Source: an uncultured Prevotellaceae bacterium (lineage in GTDB: Bacteria > Bacteroidota > Bacteroidia > Bacteroidales > Bacteroidaceae). Taken from it: a DNA stretch of 64,000 nucleotides. The DNA is taken from NCBI GenBank assembly GCA_946626595.1, contig CAMOUQ010000001.1:65846-129845 (forward strand). The letters are read 5' to 3'. A program made the position numbers and the translations under genes. The number at the start of each line of letters is the position of its first letter. The first letter of the stretch is position 1. The notes beneath the pieces were generated by a model. It was not told the DNA's origin and did not search any database. It saw only the letters and a list, made by a program, of their open reading frames with translations. Below, one piece after another: positions 44,539 through 54,069 of this stretch.

Positions 44539-44681
44539 TCTGCCTCGATTACACATTCGCGAAAACACCTCCCCACCTCCCTCTACAAGCCTTCAAGGCC
44601 GATGAATAAAGAGATGTAGGCACGGGAGGTGTGGTCAGCCCTCGTATTGGTTCAATTCAAACCCTCGTATCGTCCCGGGCG

Positions 44682-44742
44682 TTACCTAAGTGGAGTAAAG
44701 CTTTTACAATAGTGTGGTAAAAGTTTTACCCCACTTAGGTAA
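44682..44742. repeat. 26-bp imperfect inverted repeat (24/26) with 9-nt loop, between convergent genes
   Basis: Arms ttacctaagtggagtaaagcttttac / gtaaaagttttaccccacttaggtaa. It overlaps the palindromes GGTAAAAGTTTTACC (44716) and GGTAAACGTTTTACC (44738). Confidence 0.85.
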
Positions 44743-44786
44743 ACGTTTTACCAAAGCAGGTAAGGAGCTGGTAAAAATAATCCTCG

Positions 44787-47700
44787 TCAATAGGCAAGCA
44801 CGGACCAGAGGTCGCGGATGCGCGCCTCGGGGTCCCATTGGTCGTGGAAGACCCAGCGGGCCGTCATCTGGTGGGGCTGCGGTGCTCCGGCCATCTGGTC
44901 GAGATTGTTGCGCAGCCATCCGCTGTCGCCTCCCTCGCGCGTACAATTATAATAATACGCGCGCAAGCCCCAGGTGTTGGGGTCGGGCTGCCGCTTGATG
45001 TAGGCATACTCGATGTTCTTGTCCTGAATCCGGGCCGAGAGACGGCAGTTGAGCAGAACGAACTGGGCATCGCGGTGATAGCGTCCGAGGGGCGTGGGCG
45101 ACTGGGCATCGAAGTAGGAATCCTTGACGACCAGTTTCTTGTCCGGGTCGCCGCTGCCATCGTGCCAGATGATGGCGCGACTGTTGCCCAGGAAGTGGCA
45201 ACGTGTGGCGTAGCACCATCCGCGCGGACAAAGGAAGTCGATGCCCGGGCAGCGCAGGTAGAGGTCGGCATGGTACGACATGCCACCGCCGGGAGGCCAG
45301 AGCGAAAGGGCGTCGTTGCCATCGGCCCATACGTTGCAGTTGATGACGATGGTGCGTGTGCCGCGTCCGTAGATGGCCATCTGGTGGGTGGTGTTACCGG
45401 GCTCTACGGCGGTTCCGTAGTTATTGTAGACGGTCAGTCCGCTGATGATGCAGTCGTCGGCCCCCTCCTGCATGGCAATGACGCCGTTGCCTACATCGCG
45501 ACCGCGGTATCGGCTGATGGTCAGGGCTTCGCGCTTCTCGGCCAGTATCAGTATGGTGCTGTCGCGGTCCTCGCCCACGAGCACGATGTTGGGGCGGTCG
45601 ATGATGACCTTCTGCCGATATACACCCTTGCGGATGAGTATCTTGAAGGGTTGACTGGGCCGGGCGGGCGCCTGTTCGATGGCCAGCTGGATGCTGTCGC
45701 CAGGATGTACCACTGCGTCGAAATCGGCCTCCCGCTTCTCGGGCTTGCGGAACCAGACGATACGCCCCGTTTCGTTGCCGCCCTTCGTCTGCAGACTGAT
45801 GTCGGCAGGGTGGCGGATGCGGTTGCGCTCAGCCCATCGCTCATAGAGGGCATAGAGGCGTGCCGGCCGGTTGCCGTACCAGGCATAGCCGTTGCGCCGC
45901 TCGCTACCTATCTGTTCGAGATGCCGACGGGGGATGCCGTCGCGGTCGCAGACGAAGGGTTCGCCATAGACAAGGTCGTAGAAGCGTGCCCACAGGGAAC
46001 CTGCCTCTGCGTCGCGAACCAGTCGGGTGTCGCGATAAGCCCCGGTGCCCGACCGCTCCATTCGGTAGCCCGTCAATTTATGGTCGTCCAACCAGCGCAT
46101 GGCGGCGTTCACGGCCTGGCGGATGCGTGCGTTGGGCTGCGGTATCTCCATGAGCAGTTCCACGATGGCGGCACTCTCCACCGGGCAGTACGAGGGCAGT
46201 TCGTAGGCCCTGGCCCCAGTGGGGAGCAGGGTCTGGCGGTCGTGTTGCTGACACCAGATGGTGGGCACGCCATTGTGGCGGATTTGGGTATTCAGTATGC
46301 ACTCGATGCCCCGGTCGAAGGCCGCAACGATGCGCTTTCGCATGGCCTTGTCCGTCAGGTCGCCCTGATATGGCGCACGCTGAACGGCGATGTCGCGCAG
46401 GAGGCGCAGGGTGTTCACCATGGCATCGTCGTTGAAGGTGATGTGCACCTGATAGCCATGCATCTCGGGCCAGAACTGAGGCCAGCCGCCGTTGGCATAC
46501 TGTCCGCTGAGCAAGTAATCGACGGCCCTGCGGAAAGCATCGCGATAGCGCACATCGCCCGTCTGCCGATACATACCGGCCAGAAACTTCATCTGCGACG
46601 TGGTGGCACCATTGTCCGTGGTAGAGTCGTCACGCTTCTGCTTGTCGCGGACCACCTGGAGGCGTTCCTCCTCGCTGAGGGGCCGGGCCATATCGATGTT
46701 CTTGGGCCAACCGCCAGTCGAACGCTGATAGAGCAGCATCTGGTCGGCTACGCGGCAGTCTTCCATCTGTTCGCGCTCCAGCGACGCCCATACGAATGGG
46801 CCCACGGCCTTGGGGTCGTTGTCGCGAACGGGCTCGCCTAGGTAATAGGCGTACGACCCGTCGCGCCTACGGTTCTCCTTGAGTCTGGCCTGTGGATTCA
46901 GGCGCTTCAGGGCGGCCTCTACTTCGGCACTGTAGCCTGGCCCCAATCCGGCCACGGAACAGCCGTCGGTCAGGGATATGGTCTGGTCGGCATTCACGCG
47001 GATGAACCTGCGGATGATGCCTTCGTAGGCCTTCAGTCCGGCCTGGCGATACTTGTCGCCCAACCATCCTCGGTTGGCCGACTTCAGCAGCGCATAGGCA
47101 AACATCGACGAACAGGAACTCTCCAGGTAATTACCCTCGCGCTCCGGCTGGTCCATGACCTGATACCAGAGCCCGGAACGTTGGTCCTGCCAACGGAGCA
47201 CGGCATCGAGGTCCTGCCGGAGCAGGTCGATGACCTCATCGCGCCGCCGATAGTCGGCAGGCAGTGCGTCCAGCAACTCCACCAAGGCCATCGTAAACCA
47301 GCCCTGTGCCCTACCCCAGCAATGCTGCGAAAGGCCCGTCACCGGGTCGGCCCAGAACATGTTGCGATTCTCGTCGTAGGCGTGCCGGTTGAGCCCTGTC
47401 CGCGGGTCATAAGTGCGGCGATAGGTGGTGGTGATTTGACTGACAGCGTCGTCGAAGATGGAAGATTCTGACTTCTCAGATGCCACCAGCACCCGGAAGG
47501 GCAGGCCCATGAAGATGCCGTCGAGCCATACCTGATAGGCATAGATGGCCTTGTGCCAATAGACGCTGTCGGCTACGGTGCGCGGCTGGCGGTCGAGCTG
47601 CCGCATCAGGGTCTTTATGGCTGCCTGCAACTTGGGCTCGGGGCGATACTGATGCATGCGGGCCAGGAAGTGTCCCGTGCGCACATTGTCCAGATTGTAT

Positions 47701-48020
47701 TCCAACTGGTTGTAGCCGCGGATGCGTCCCTTGGCATCTATCATTGTGTCCACGTACTCGTGGCAATAGTCGAGGATATCCCTTCCGCCGTAGCGCAGAT
47801 AGGTGTCGAGCATCGATTCCAGTTCGATGCCCATCACGTAACTCCACTTGGGACGTGTAGAAAAGTCCAACAGGTAAGGCCGGGGGGTGCGCTTCATCTC
47901 CGAGCGCACCATCCATTCCGAATAGTGTCCGCCGTAGGGCCGCGGCTGCACATCAGCGGCGAAAGACCGGACATGCAGAATCAGGCTCAGGCACAGGAGG
48001 CAGAACCAACGCATAGACAT
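44787..48020 (-). CDS. trifunctional pectin-degrading fusion: GH105 unsaturated rhamnogalacturonyl hydrolase + PL10 pectate lyase + CE8 pectinesterase-like domain
   Basis: 1077 aa with a signal peptide. GH105 motifs: WSYVMGIELESM...WLDGIFMGLPF...WYQVMDQPEREGNYLESSCSSMFAYALLK. PL10 motifs: LLYQRSTGGWPKNID...DNGATTSQMKFL...GQYANGGWPQFWP...ITFNDDAM. CE8-like motifs: IRKGVYRQKVIIDRPNIVLVGEDRDSTIL...HQMAIYGRG...GNDALSLW...GIDFLCPRG. Confidence 0.83.
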   Translation of the reverse strand: MSMRWFCLLCLSLILHVRSFAADVQPRPYGGHYSEWMVRSEMKRTPRPYLLDFSTRPKWSYVMGIELESMLDTYLRYGGRDILDYCHEYVDTMIDAKGRIRGYNQLEYNLDNVRTGHFLARMHQYRPEPKLQAAIKTLMRQLDRQPRTVADSVYWHKAIYAYQVWLDGIFMGLPFRVLVASEKSESSIFDDAVSQITTTYRRTYDPRTGLNRHAYDENRNMFWADPVTGLSQHCWGRAQGWFTMALVELLDALPADYRRRDEVIDLLRQDLDAVLRWQDQRSGLWYQVMDQPEREGNYLESSCSSMFAYALLKSANRGWLGDKYRQAGLKAYEGIIRRFIRVNADQTISLTDGCSVAGLGPGYSAEVEAALKRLNPQARLKENRRRDGSYAYYLGEPVRDNDPKAVGPFVWASLEREQMEDCRVADQMLLYQRSTGGWPKNIDMARPLSEEERLQVVRDKQKRDDSTTDNGATTSQMKFLAGMYRQTGDVRYRDAFRRAVDYLLSGQYANGGWPQFWPEMHGYQVHITFNDDAMVNTLRLLRDIAVQRAPYQGDLTDKAMRKRIVAAFDRGIECILNTQIRHNGVPTIWCQQHDRQTLLPTGARAYELPSYCPVESAAIVELLMEIPQPNARIRQAVNAAMRWLDDHKLTGYRMERSGTGAYRDTRLVRDAEAGSLWARFYDLVYGEPFVCDRDGIPRRHLEQIGSERRNGYAWYGNRPARLYALYERWAERNRIRHPADISLQTKGGNETGRIVWFRKPEKREADFDAVVHPGDSIQLAIEQAPARPSQPFKILIRKGVYRQKVIIDRPNIVLVGEDRDSTILILAEKREALTISRYRGRDVGNGVIAMQEGADDCIISGLTVYNNYGTAVEPGNTTHQMAIYGRGTRTIVINCNVWADGNDALSLWPPGGGMSYHADLYLRCPGIDFLCPRGWCYATRCHFLGNSRAIIWHDGSGDPDKKLVVKDSYFDAQSPTPLGRYHRDAQFVLLNCRLSARIQDKNIEYAYIKRQPDPNTWGLRAYYYNCTREGGDSGWLRNNLDQMAGAPQPHQMTARWVFHDQWDPEARIRDLWSVLAY

Positions 48021-48032
48021 GGCGAGTGAATG

Positions 48033-48650
48033 CTAACGGATGAAGTTGGTCCTGAGGGGAGCCTCCAACTGCGGATGCCCGTCTGCAGCGATGTTCAGCT
48101 GGCGAATCATCCAGGCCATGTTGTGGCCCAGCGTGCGCATGGTCTGCATGCCCTCCTCATCGAGTGAGGCCTGTCCGGGCGTCTGTCCGTATACCATATT
48201 CCAGTATTGCGAACTCACCACGGGCATGTTGGTTATGGTGAAATACTTGTTCAGGCGGTCGAAGGCGGCCGAGGCACCACCACGGCGGCACACCACGACA
48301 CTGGCTGCCGGCAGGAACTTCAGGTGGTTGCTCAGCGAATAGAACACGCGGTCGAGCAGTGCACACAGTGAACCGTTGGGGCCGCCATAGTAGACCGGCG
48401 AGCCCACTACCAGTCCGTCAATGCCCTCCTTCACGGCCCTGAGTATACTAAAGTAAGGGGCATCGTTGAATGTGCACTTGCCCGTGCGCCCACACATGCC
48501 GCAGGCTATGCAACCGGGAACGGGCTGCTTGCCAATGCTGACGATCTCTGTTTCCACTCCTTCCTCATTCAGTGCCTTTGCCACCTCGCTGAGGGCCAGG
48601 AATGTATTTCCCTTGTCCTTAGGACTTCCGTTGATTAATAATACTTTCAT
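48033..48650 (-). CDS. flavodoxin-like NADPH-dependent FMN reductase / iron-sulfur flavoprotein
   Basis: Motifs: MKVLLINGSPKDKGNT, PGCIACGMCGRTGKC and GSPVYYGGPNG. The start is taken at the inner ATG at 48650; the N-terminal extension in the track ORF has no support. Confidence 0.85.
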   Translation of the reverse strand: MKVLLINGSPKDKGNTFLALSEVAKALNEEGVETEIVSIGKQPVPGCIACGMCGRTGKCTFNDAPYFSILRAVKEGIDGLVVGSPVYYGGPNGSLCALLDRVFYSLSNHLKFLPAASVVVCRRGGASAAFDRLNKYFTITNMPVVSSQYWNMVYGQTPGQASLDEEGMQTMRTLGHNMAWMIRQLNIAADGHPQLEAPLRTNFIR

Positions 48651-48783
48651 ACGCATAAACAATATATTCGGGACAAATATACGCATATTTTTCTCAAATA
48701 TCAAACTCAGAAGAAAACTTTGGCCACTGAGGCACACAATATCGTATATTTTAGGCCCCAACGACGAAAAATAATCAATTTTA

Positions 48784-48815
48784 TTTGGTAGTTTATCCGC
48801 TTATTCGTACCTTTG
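48784..48815 (+). promoter_or_regulatory. promoter: -33 TTTG and -7 TACCTTTG
   Basis: TTTG at 48784-48787 and TACCTTTG at 48808-48815, separated by 20 nt. This leaves a ~95-nt leader before rpmE2. Confidence 0.55.
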
Positions 48816-48912
48816 CACTCCGTATGGTGCGAATAGTGGGCTTTGTGCCGTGTTACCAACGCTATTCTACCCCAAAAACGAGATAAAAAGAAACAATAAA
48901 AACGATAAGAAA

Positions 48913-49164
48913 ATGAAAAAGGATCTTCATCCCGAAAACTATCGCCCCGTAGTGTTCAAGGACATGAGCAACGGCGATATGTTCCTGAGCCGTTCCACTT
49001 GCAAGACCAGTGAAACCATCGAGTTCGAGGGCGAAACTTATCCCCTCGTGAAGTTGGAAATCTCCAGCAGTTCGCACCCCTTCTACACGGGTAAGTCGAA
49101 GTTGGTGGACACCGCAGGTCGCGTCGACAAGTTCATGAGCCGCTATGCGCGCAGCCGCAAGTAA
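48913..49164 (+). CDS. rpmE2: 50S ribosomal protein L31 type B
   Basis: [17 protein letters not shown]...[20 protein letters not shown]. It has no CxxC zinc motif, which is the type B form. Confidence 0.93.
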   Translation: MKKDLHPENYRPVVFKDMSNGDMFLSRSTCKTSETIEFEGETYPLVKLEISSSSHPFYTGKSKLVDTAGRVDKFMSRYARSRK

Positions 49165-50146
49165 AACGTGTCGGCGTATACCGACAATACCAAACATCAG
49201 CCTCATCCTGGGGCTGATGTTTGTTTTTTTTACGGCCTGTAACGACGAGGACAAATACATCCCGCCCATCAGCACCGCAACGAACCAGAACAGCAACGCC
49301 AAGTTTACCGGGACGACTGCCGTGACCAACAGCAACGGCCGCATCGTGAACTGTGGCTCCATACAGGCCGTGACAGAGGGCAACACCAACCTGCAGCAGG
49401 CTGCTTGCCGACTGGAGATACCCAAACTGAAGGGGGGCGAAAAGAACCTCTTTATCGTACACACAGTGCCGACCTATGGCATCAACTATTGCATGGAGTA
49501 CAACTACACGCTCCGCGCTCAATGGTGGTCGGCCTATCGCTGGGACCGCACAAATTCGGGAAAGGCCGTGAAGCGAACCGATGCCTGGGCTGCCGACCCT
49601 CTCATTCCGCAGCAATACCGGACTGACCAAAGCGACCACAGCAACAACGGATACACCCGCGGACATATCGTGGCCAGCGAGGACCGCGTGTATTCGAGAG
49701 AGGCCAACGTACAAACGTTCTACTACAGCAACATGCAGCCTCAGTTGTACTACTTCAACACGCAGGGCATCTGGTGGAACATCGAGAATCTACTGATTCG
49801 CAAAAAGTACATCACGAATGCCTTCCGCGATACGCTGTACGTAGTGAAAGGGGGCACCATACGCGAAGGCGAATACACCATGGCCAAGAACATCCCCGTA
49901 CCCAAGTATTTCTTCATGGCTCTGTTGCGCAAACGCAACGACATCCAAGCCAACGGCGGATATGCCGCCATCGGTTTCTGGATGGAGCACAAGAACAACG
50001 ACGATGCCAACTACATCAATTATGCCAAGAGCATCGACCAACTGGAACAGCTGACAGGGCTGGACTTCTTCTGCAACCTGCCTGACGACATCGAACAGAA
50101 GGTTGAACAGGAATATTCGGCCACTACCTGGGAACTTTCCGACTGA
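49145..50146 (+). CDS. secreted DNA/RNA non-specific endonuclease (Serratia NucA-like, beta-beta-alpha-Me)
   Basis: Lipoprotein-like signal [11 protein letters not shown]. Active-site motifs: TRGHIVAS and YSNMQPQ. The start is uncertain: the ATG at 49145 overlaps rpmE2 by 20 nt, and an alternative ATG lies at 49217. Confidence 0.83.
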   Translation: MRAAASKTCRRIPTIPNISLILGLMFVFFTACNDEDKYIPPISTATNQNSNAKFTGTTAVTNSNGRIVNCGSIQAVTEGNTNLQQAACRLEIPKLKGGEKNLFIVHTVPTYGINYCMEYNYTLRAQWWSAYRWDRTNSGKAVKRTDAWAADPLIPQQYRTDQSDHSNNGYTRGHIVASEDRVYSREANVQTFYYSNMQPQLYYFNTQGIWWNIENLLIRKKYITNAFRDTLYVVKGGTIREGEYTMAKNIPVPKYFFMALLRKRNDIQANGGYAAIGFWMEHKNNDDANYINYAKSIDQLEQLTGLDFFCNLPDDIEQKVEQEYSATTWELSD

Positions 50147-50169
50147 GAATATACGACCGGGAAATAAAA

Positions 50170-50256
50170 AGACCATGAATTACACGAATTTTACGAATTA
50201 GCCAGCCAATTGTCGCCGGAACTTATAATTCGTAAAATTCGTGTAATTCGTGGTCT
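50170..50256. terminator. 31-bp-arm hairpin (30/31) with 25-nt loop built from AATTCGT-type repeats, between convergent genes
   Basis: Arms agaccatgaattacacgaattttacgaatta / taattcgtaaaattcgtgtaattcgtggtct. Confidence 0.6.
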
Positions 50257-50304
50257 GGTATATTCGAGTAATTCGTGGTCTGGTATATTCGAGTAATTCG
50301 TGGT
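50245..50304. repeat. 25-bp tandem repeat, 2.4 copies
   Basis: aattcgtggtctggtatattcgagt occurs twice identically (50245 and 50270), with a partial third copy. It abuts the stop codon of the esterase-dockerin gene. Confidence 0.9.
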
Positions 50305-52446
50305 TTACTTTCCTAAGATAATGTTCACGAGGGCCGTGACATCGACGATAGTCACCTCGCCATCACCATTCACGTCTGCGAGTTTTCTTCTGGTGGAATC
50401 CGTGTCCTTATTCAGGACGATGTTCACCAAGGCCGTGACATCGGCAACGGTGACGCTACCGTCCTGGTTGACATCGCCCGGTTCGTATTCAGCAAACACA
50501 TCGTCCAGAGCCTGCAGCCATTGTGTGAGGTCACTGACAATCTGTTTGTGGTAGGCAAAATCCGTTTTGAAGCCAAACCCATGATTGCCCACATTCAAGG
50601 GCAGCGTGTGCACCGGTACCCCGGCAGCCTCCAAGGCCTTCACGTAGTTCACGCTATTTGCCTGCGGCACGGTACCGTCATTCACGCCCCAGCAGAGGTA
50701 GGCACGCGGTGTCTGGGCCGTCACTTGCTTCTCGTTGCTGTACAGGTCGACCAAGGTCTGCGAGGGGGAAGTGCCCAGAAGGTTCTGGCGCGAACCGGCA
50801 TGCGTGTACGAGGCATCCATCGTGATGACCGGATAGAAGAGAATCTGGAAGGCGGGGCGTTCGTCGCCCGCGGTGTGCGTAGCCACAGTGCTGGCCAGAT
50901 GTCCACCGGCACTGAAGCCCATGACCCCAATCTGGTCGGCATGCAGCCCCATATCCTCGGCATTATCGCGCAGGTATTTCAGTGCTGCGCGGCCGTCTTT
51001 CAGGGGCACGTCGGCCTGGCCTTTCGGCAGGTTGTAGTTGAGTACGGCTACCGTATAGCCCAAGTCGTTGAGCATGGGAGCCCAATCGGCACCTTCCGTA
51101 CTACCGGCAATGTACTGGTAGCCGCCACCGGGAGTGATGACGATGGCGCGCCCCTTACTTTTCTCTGCCGGAGCCTCGAACAGGCGCATCGTAGCCCCCG
51201 TAGAGAGTTTCACGCTTTGCAACGTGCCCACTTCTTCTATGGAGAAGATGCTGTTGACGTCCGTGGCACTGTTCCAGAAGCTCAAGTGCCCATCCGAGCT
51301 CTTGTATTCATTGATGAAGCCCTTGGCGTCATTGTTGGAAAGGAGGAAGCCATTGGCATGTTCGGTCAGGTTCCAATGATACTCCTCATCCACCAGCACC
51401 ACGAGGTCGCCGCTCTTGCCCAGTGTCTTCGACAGGTCAGAACGGTTGCGCACGACGATGCCGTCGTAGGGATTGCCCTGGAAAGCCCACTGGAAGGTGT
51501 TGGAGTTCAGTTGAGTCTTTGTTGCGCCCTCCACACACTTGTAGCCCGGTTCGGCATTCACGGCATCCGAGCCCGAGCGCAGGTAGAGGTTGTACCAATG
51601 CGGATTCGTCATGTCCTCCGACGTTGTGAAGGGCATTTGGAATACGGCCTCCACATCCACCGTATTGCTGCCCTTCTTCAGGGTTACGGGCTTTGCGATG
51701 CTGTACAACGTATAGGCCTTGCGCACAAAACCCGTAGGCACAGCGCTCACCACACTACCCGACTTCCCTGAGACAGTCTGGGTCTCCAGCAGCTTGCCGT
51801 TGACATCGCGGACGTTGAACGTCACCATGGCGTCCTTGGTGAATGAGTCACTGATAATCTGCAACGCCTCCGTGGGGTCGAAGTCGGCGGCGGGTTCAAT
51901 CTTGCAGAGACTGCCCTCGTCCTCTTTCTTCCAGGTGTTCAGGCAGACGCCCTTCTGCGTGCTGCGATGCGTATTGAACCAGTAGCCGCCACTGGTCATA
52001 TAATAAGGATAGGCATTGCTGGTGGAATAGACCTCAACGGGCTCCATTTGGGTGCTGGACAGGGCCACATTGAACCATCCATTTTTATCTGCCACCGTCT
52101 CGCGATAGGTAAACATCTTGTCGGCCACGCTATAGAGGTACAGCTTGCCTCCGTACGAGACGAAGGCGAACTGACCTTTGGCTCCGGCAGCACTGGCATT
52201 GGCCGTATTGGTCAGATAGCCTCCCCTCGTGCCCATAGCACCGCGTGCGGTGGTTATGGTGTATGCCTTGTTACTTGCAGGTACATATTTTGTCTGGGCC
52301 TTCACCTGCATCAGACCACTGCTCACAATCATTCCCAATGCCAGTATCAGATACCGGCAACTGTTCATCATGTTCATCGTCTTAATTTTAAGGTTCTTTG
52401 CTGTCTTGCTATTCGTTGTTAGGTTATTTAGTTGATACCGTTTCAT
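50305..52446 (-). CDS. secreted alpha/beta-hydrolase (esterase) with N-terminal unknown domains and a C-terminal type-I dockerin-like module
   Basis: Nucleophile elbow: GVMGFSAGGHLAS. Dockerin duplicated Ca-loop/helix: DVNQDGSVTVADVTALVNIVL ... DVNGDGEVTIVDVTALVNIIL. The signal peptide starts near the inner Met (MNMMNSCRYLILALG, ATG at 52377). Confidence 0.8.
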   Translation of the reverse strand: MKRYQLNNLTTNSKTAKNLKIKTMNMMNSCRYLILALGMIVSSGLMQVKAQTKYVPASNKAYTITTARGAMGTRGGYLTNTANASAAGAKGQFAFVSYGGKLYLYSVADKMFTYRETVADKNGWFNVALSSTQMEPVEVYSTSNAYPYYMTSGGYWFNTHRSTQKGVCLNTWKKEDEGSLCKIEPAADFDPTEALQIISDSFTKDAMVTFNVRDVNGKLLETQTVSGKSGSVVSAVPTGFVRKAYTLYSIAKPVTLKKGSNTVDVEAVFQMPFTTSEDMTNPHWYNLYLRSGSDAVNAEPGYKCVEGATKTQLNSNTFQWAFQGNPYDGIVVRNRSDLSKTLGKSGDLVVLVDEEYHWNLTEHANGFLLSNNDAKGFINEYKSSDGHLSFWNSATDVNSIFSIEEVGTLQSVKLSTGATMRLFEAPAEKSKGRAIVITPGGGYQYIAGSTEGADWAPMLNDLGYTVAVLNYNLPKGQADVPLKDGRAALKYLRDNAEDMGLHADQIGVMGFSAGGHLASTVATHTAGDERPAFQILFYPVITMDASYTHAGSRQNLLGTSPSQTLVDLYSNEKQVTAQTPRAYLCWGVNDGTVPQANSVNYVKALEAAGVPVHTLPLNVGNHGFGFKTDFAYHKQIVSDLTQWLQALDDVFAEYEPGDVNQDGSVTVADVTALVNIVLNKDTDSTRRKLADVNGDGEVTIVDVTALVNIILGK

Positions 52447-52452
52447 GGCAAA

Positions 52453-54030
52453 TCATTTGGTAAGATTTCCCAGAATATCGCGCGTCAGTTCGCGGGTGAT
52501 GGTCCTTGTGGCAGCCGAGGTGGCATTCTTGGCCATACGACCGGCAGTCGAAGTCCTCGACTTTGACTTTTTTCCCGTGATGGCATCGCTCACCATGGTT
52601 CCGGCAACGGTGGCCAGTGTGCCCGTGATGGCCGTGAGGATGGCCTTCAGTATCTTTGACACGATGCCGGGCTTCGACTTGCCAGCCTTCTTTTCGGCCT
52701 TTTCAGCACTCTCGGCATTCTCCGTTGCCGCGGTCTCCTCAGCCTCCGCGATAAAGTTCTGCAGCTGCTCATAGGCACTGACATTGTCCACCGGCGTGTC
52801 GTACTTGCCGAAGATGCGGCTTTGGCGGATGATGCCGTTGCGCTGGTCCTCGGTGATGGCACCAATCTGACTGAGCGGGAAGAGCACCTTGGCACGCTCC
52901 ACCACGCTGGGCGCACCCTTCTCGTCGAGGAACGAAACCAGTGCCTCGCCCGTCTCCAGGTTCATTATGGCCTCGTCGGTCTTGAATGCCGGATTGGGGC
53001 GGAAGGTGTCGGCGGCCGTCTTTACGGCACGCTGGTCCTTCGGAGTATAGGCACGCAGGGCATGCTGCACGCGGTTGCCCAACTGGCCAAGGATGTTCTC
53101 GGGAATGTCCGTCGGGCTTTGTGTCACGAAATATATGCCCACGCCCTTCGAGCGGATGAGTCGGATGACCTGCTCTATCTTGTCAACCAAAGCCTTGGAC
53201 GTATCCTCGAAGAGCATGTGAGCCTCATCGAAGAAGAAAATGAGTTTCGGCAATGGCAGGTCGCCGACCTCGGGCAACTTGGAATAGAGGTCGGAGAGCA
53301 ACCAAAGCAGGAACGTGGAGTACAGTTTGGGCTGCATCATGAGTTTGTCGGCCGCCAGTACACTCATCACGCCCTTTCCGTTTTCGGTCTGCATCAGGTC
53401 GTAGATGTCGAACGAGGGTTCGCCGAAGAACTTGTCGGCTCCCTGATTCTCCAACTGCAGCAGCGAACGCTGTATTGCCCCCACCGAAGCCGAAGAGATG
53501 TTGCCGTACTTCGTGGCATATTCCTTGGCATGAGTAGCCACAAAGTCGAGCATAGCGCGGAGGTCCTTCAGGTCGGTCAGCAGCAGGCCCTGTTCGTCGG
53601 CAATGCGGAAAGTGATGTTCAGGACACCATCCTGCGTGTCGTTCAGGCCCAGCAGTCGCGACAGCAGTTGCGGTCCCATCTGCGATATGGTGGCGCGCAT
53701 GGGATGTCCCTGTTCGCCATAGACGTCATAAAAGCGCACGGGACAAGGCTGGAACTCAGGATTCTCTAATCCGAACTCAGGCAGACGCTTCTCGATGAAG
53801 CCGCTCATCTTTCCGGCCTGGCTGATGCCAGAGAGGTCGCCCTTCATGTCGGCCATGAAGCAGGGCACTCCGGCCTGACAGAAACTCTCGGCCAACACCT
53901 GCAGTGTCACCGTCTTACCCGTACCCGTGGCACCTGCCACCAGTCCGTGGCGGTTGGCCATCTTGCCCACGATGCTCAGTGGACCATTCTCGCAATGGGC
54001 TACGTACAGCCCGCGTTCTTTGTCAAACAT
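52453..54030 (-). CDS. HerA-like ATPase, DUF853/YjgR family
   Basis: Walker A: GATGTGKT. Walker B: LIFFFDEAH. The C-terminus is a low-complexity basic tail. Confidence 0.88.
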   Translation of the reverse strand: MFDKERGLYVAHCENGPLSIVGKMANRHGLVAGATGTGKTVTLQVLAESFCQAGVPCFMADMKGDLSGISQAGKMSGFIEKRLPEFGLENPEFQPCPVRFYDVYGEQGHPMRATISQMGPQLLSRLLGLNDTQDGVLNITFRIADEQGLLLTDLKDLRAMLDFVATHAKEYATKYGNISSASVGAIQRSLLQLENQGADKFFGEPSFDIYDLMQTENGKGVMSVLAADKLMMQPKLYSTFLLWLLSDLYSKLPEVGDLPLPKLIFFFDEAHMLFEDTSKALVDKIEQVIRLIRSKGVGIYFVTQSPTDIPENILGQLGNRVQHALRAYTPKDQRAVKTAADTFRPNPAFKTDEAIMNLETGEALVSFLDEKGAPSVVERAKVLFPLSQIGAITEDQRNGIIRQSRIFGKYDTPVDNVSAYEQLQNFIAEAEETAATENAESAEKAEKKAGKSKPGIVSKILKAILTAITGTLATVAGTMVSDAITGKKSKSRTSTAGRMAKNATSAATRTITRELTRDILGNLTK

Positions 54031-54069
54031 GATATTAATTCTTTAAACGAGTTACTACTATTGTGGGGG

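Noticed and set aside
44645-44665. tRNA-like T-arm resemblance (ggttcaattcaaacc).
   Set aside because: No acceptor stem, D-arm or anticodon arm can be built around it, and the GTTCGAATC consensus is not met.
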